Below, piece after piece: positions 62,983 to 64,000 of a stretch of 64,000 bases of DNA (positions are counted from its first letter, which is position 1; every line of letters starts with the position of its first letter). This DNA is from Azolla caroliniana (Eukaryota > Plantae > Polypodiophyta): assembly GCA_043228905.1 (NCBI GenBank), contig JBHGNT010000011.1, positions 8,184,001 to 8,248,000 of the forward strand. The letters run 5' to 3'. The notes under the pieces are model-generated. The model was not told the origin of the DNA. It saw only the letters and a list, made by a program, of their open reading frames with translations, and did not search any database. The translations under genes and the position numbers were made by a program.

Positions 62983-63984
62983 TCAAGCTTGGTATGGAGT
63001 CCACAACCATGCACCTAGTTGGCAGCTCATTGTTTGCACCAGGTACTGTTCAGGCATTTCCTCGGGCAGAATGAGACAACATCTCCGAATATTGAAGTAG
63101 TGCCGGAAATGTTCAGTATCCAAAATCAATGTATTGTCGGCATTACATTCAGGCCAAGTAGCCCAAAAATCAGAAAGTCTCTTGAATCTTGCAGCTTCCA
63201 TTTGCTCACAATTTTCTCGTGCCCATTGACCTTTAAAACGACTTCGCCATTTTGGGAAGAATCTTGCTAAACACTTCCACACATCTGATTTTGGCTTTTC
63301 ACTCCAAATAAACAAATCAAAGTATTGCACAGCCCACTCTAGAAACTAGTTCGCGTCCCTCCATGGCTGCATATATCTCACACTCATCAAGACTTTATCA
63401 AGCTCTAAGATCAAGGCTCTTCTTTCGACTTCTAGTGGTTTAGGTTTCCATTCCTGAAACTGAGCCGCTGTTACACCATTTTCTAGTAGGATATGATCAA
63501 TTTCAATCAGCTCAGGTTCGGCCGACACAACTGGCGTCCTTTCCCTCTTCAAACCCCTAGTCGACTGTGTTGGGCCTGGCTTCACATTCTGGTGCTCTTG
63601 TTTTCTCGACTTAGTTATCAATCCTTGGATTACCTCGGTGCATGTAGCTACTGATCTGCTCGATATCAGTCCACTAGTATCACATGCTGCATCTACCTGC
63701 AACACCAAGTCATCCGTGCAACATGTTGCATCTACCTGCAACACCAAGTCACCCATGCAACATGCTTGATCAACTTGTGTGACCAGATCACTTGTGTCAG
63801 TTGCTACATCTACTTTTAAGATGGGGCCCTTTAAACATGCCGCAACATCAATAGTATCCACATTGCCATTGGCCTTACGAGCAATAGAATCAAACCCTTT
63901 AGACTCTGCAACATCAGAAAACACCAACATATTCACACTCACAAAGTAACTAACAGTCTCACAAAACAACATCTTGAACATCAA
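62983..63984 (-). pseudogene. FCP1/NIF (HAD-like phosphatase) domain protein with 13-aa repeats, one in-frame stop
   Basis: ALILELDKVL (degenerate DxDxT), RDAN*FLEWAVQYFDLFIWS, KRLSDFWATWP...NTLILD. A probable splice acceptor at about 63906 suggests the gene starts beyond the window. Confidence 0.65.
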
Positions 63985-64000
63985 TGAGTTTCAGTCATAG

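Larger units (their letters stand above)
33330..64000. mobile_element. Large decayed DNA-transposon-like unit (Sola-like transposase plus cargo genes) with three nested LTR elements; right end not seen
   Basis: The left junction CACGGTCGCG... breaks a copia RT. Genes on either side of each nested LTR element rejoin across the TSDs. That it is one single element is inference. Confidence 0.5.

Overview
Eukaryotic, transposon-dense plant DNA. A non-seed plant such as a fern or lycophyte is inferred from the element types and the long TE-filled intron; the taxon is not proven. There is one intact host gene: a 9-exon EEF2KMT/FAM86-like protein-lysine methyltransferase (8528-23171, +, about 368 aa) whose 11-kb intron 7 holds a full Gypsy element. 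The rest is nested mobile DNA: several Ty1/copia elements (one with apparently identical LTRs), three full-length tRNA-Trp-primed Ty3/gypsy elements, L1 and RTE LINE remnants, a solo LTR and a hAT-type MITE. Removing the nested LTR elements from 33.3-64 kb reveals a large decayed DNA-transposon-like unit. It contains a Sola-like DDD transposase (-), a divergent spliced gene fusing a ParB-like domain to a beta-class N6-adenine/N4-cytosine DNA methyltransferase domain (DIPY motif), a second transposase-like tail and an FCP1/NIF-like gene. This unit is the best candidate for an undescribed system. The Gypsy family is also unusual: all three complete copies sit in an ACGT target, they share a predicted pseudoknot-driven -1 frameshift between protease and RT, and two of them carry a tRNA-like A/B-box module in their LTRs. 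All family assignments come from motif recognition by eye, not from database searches.
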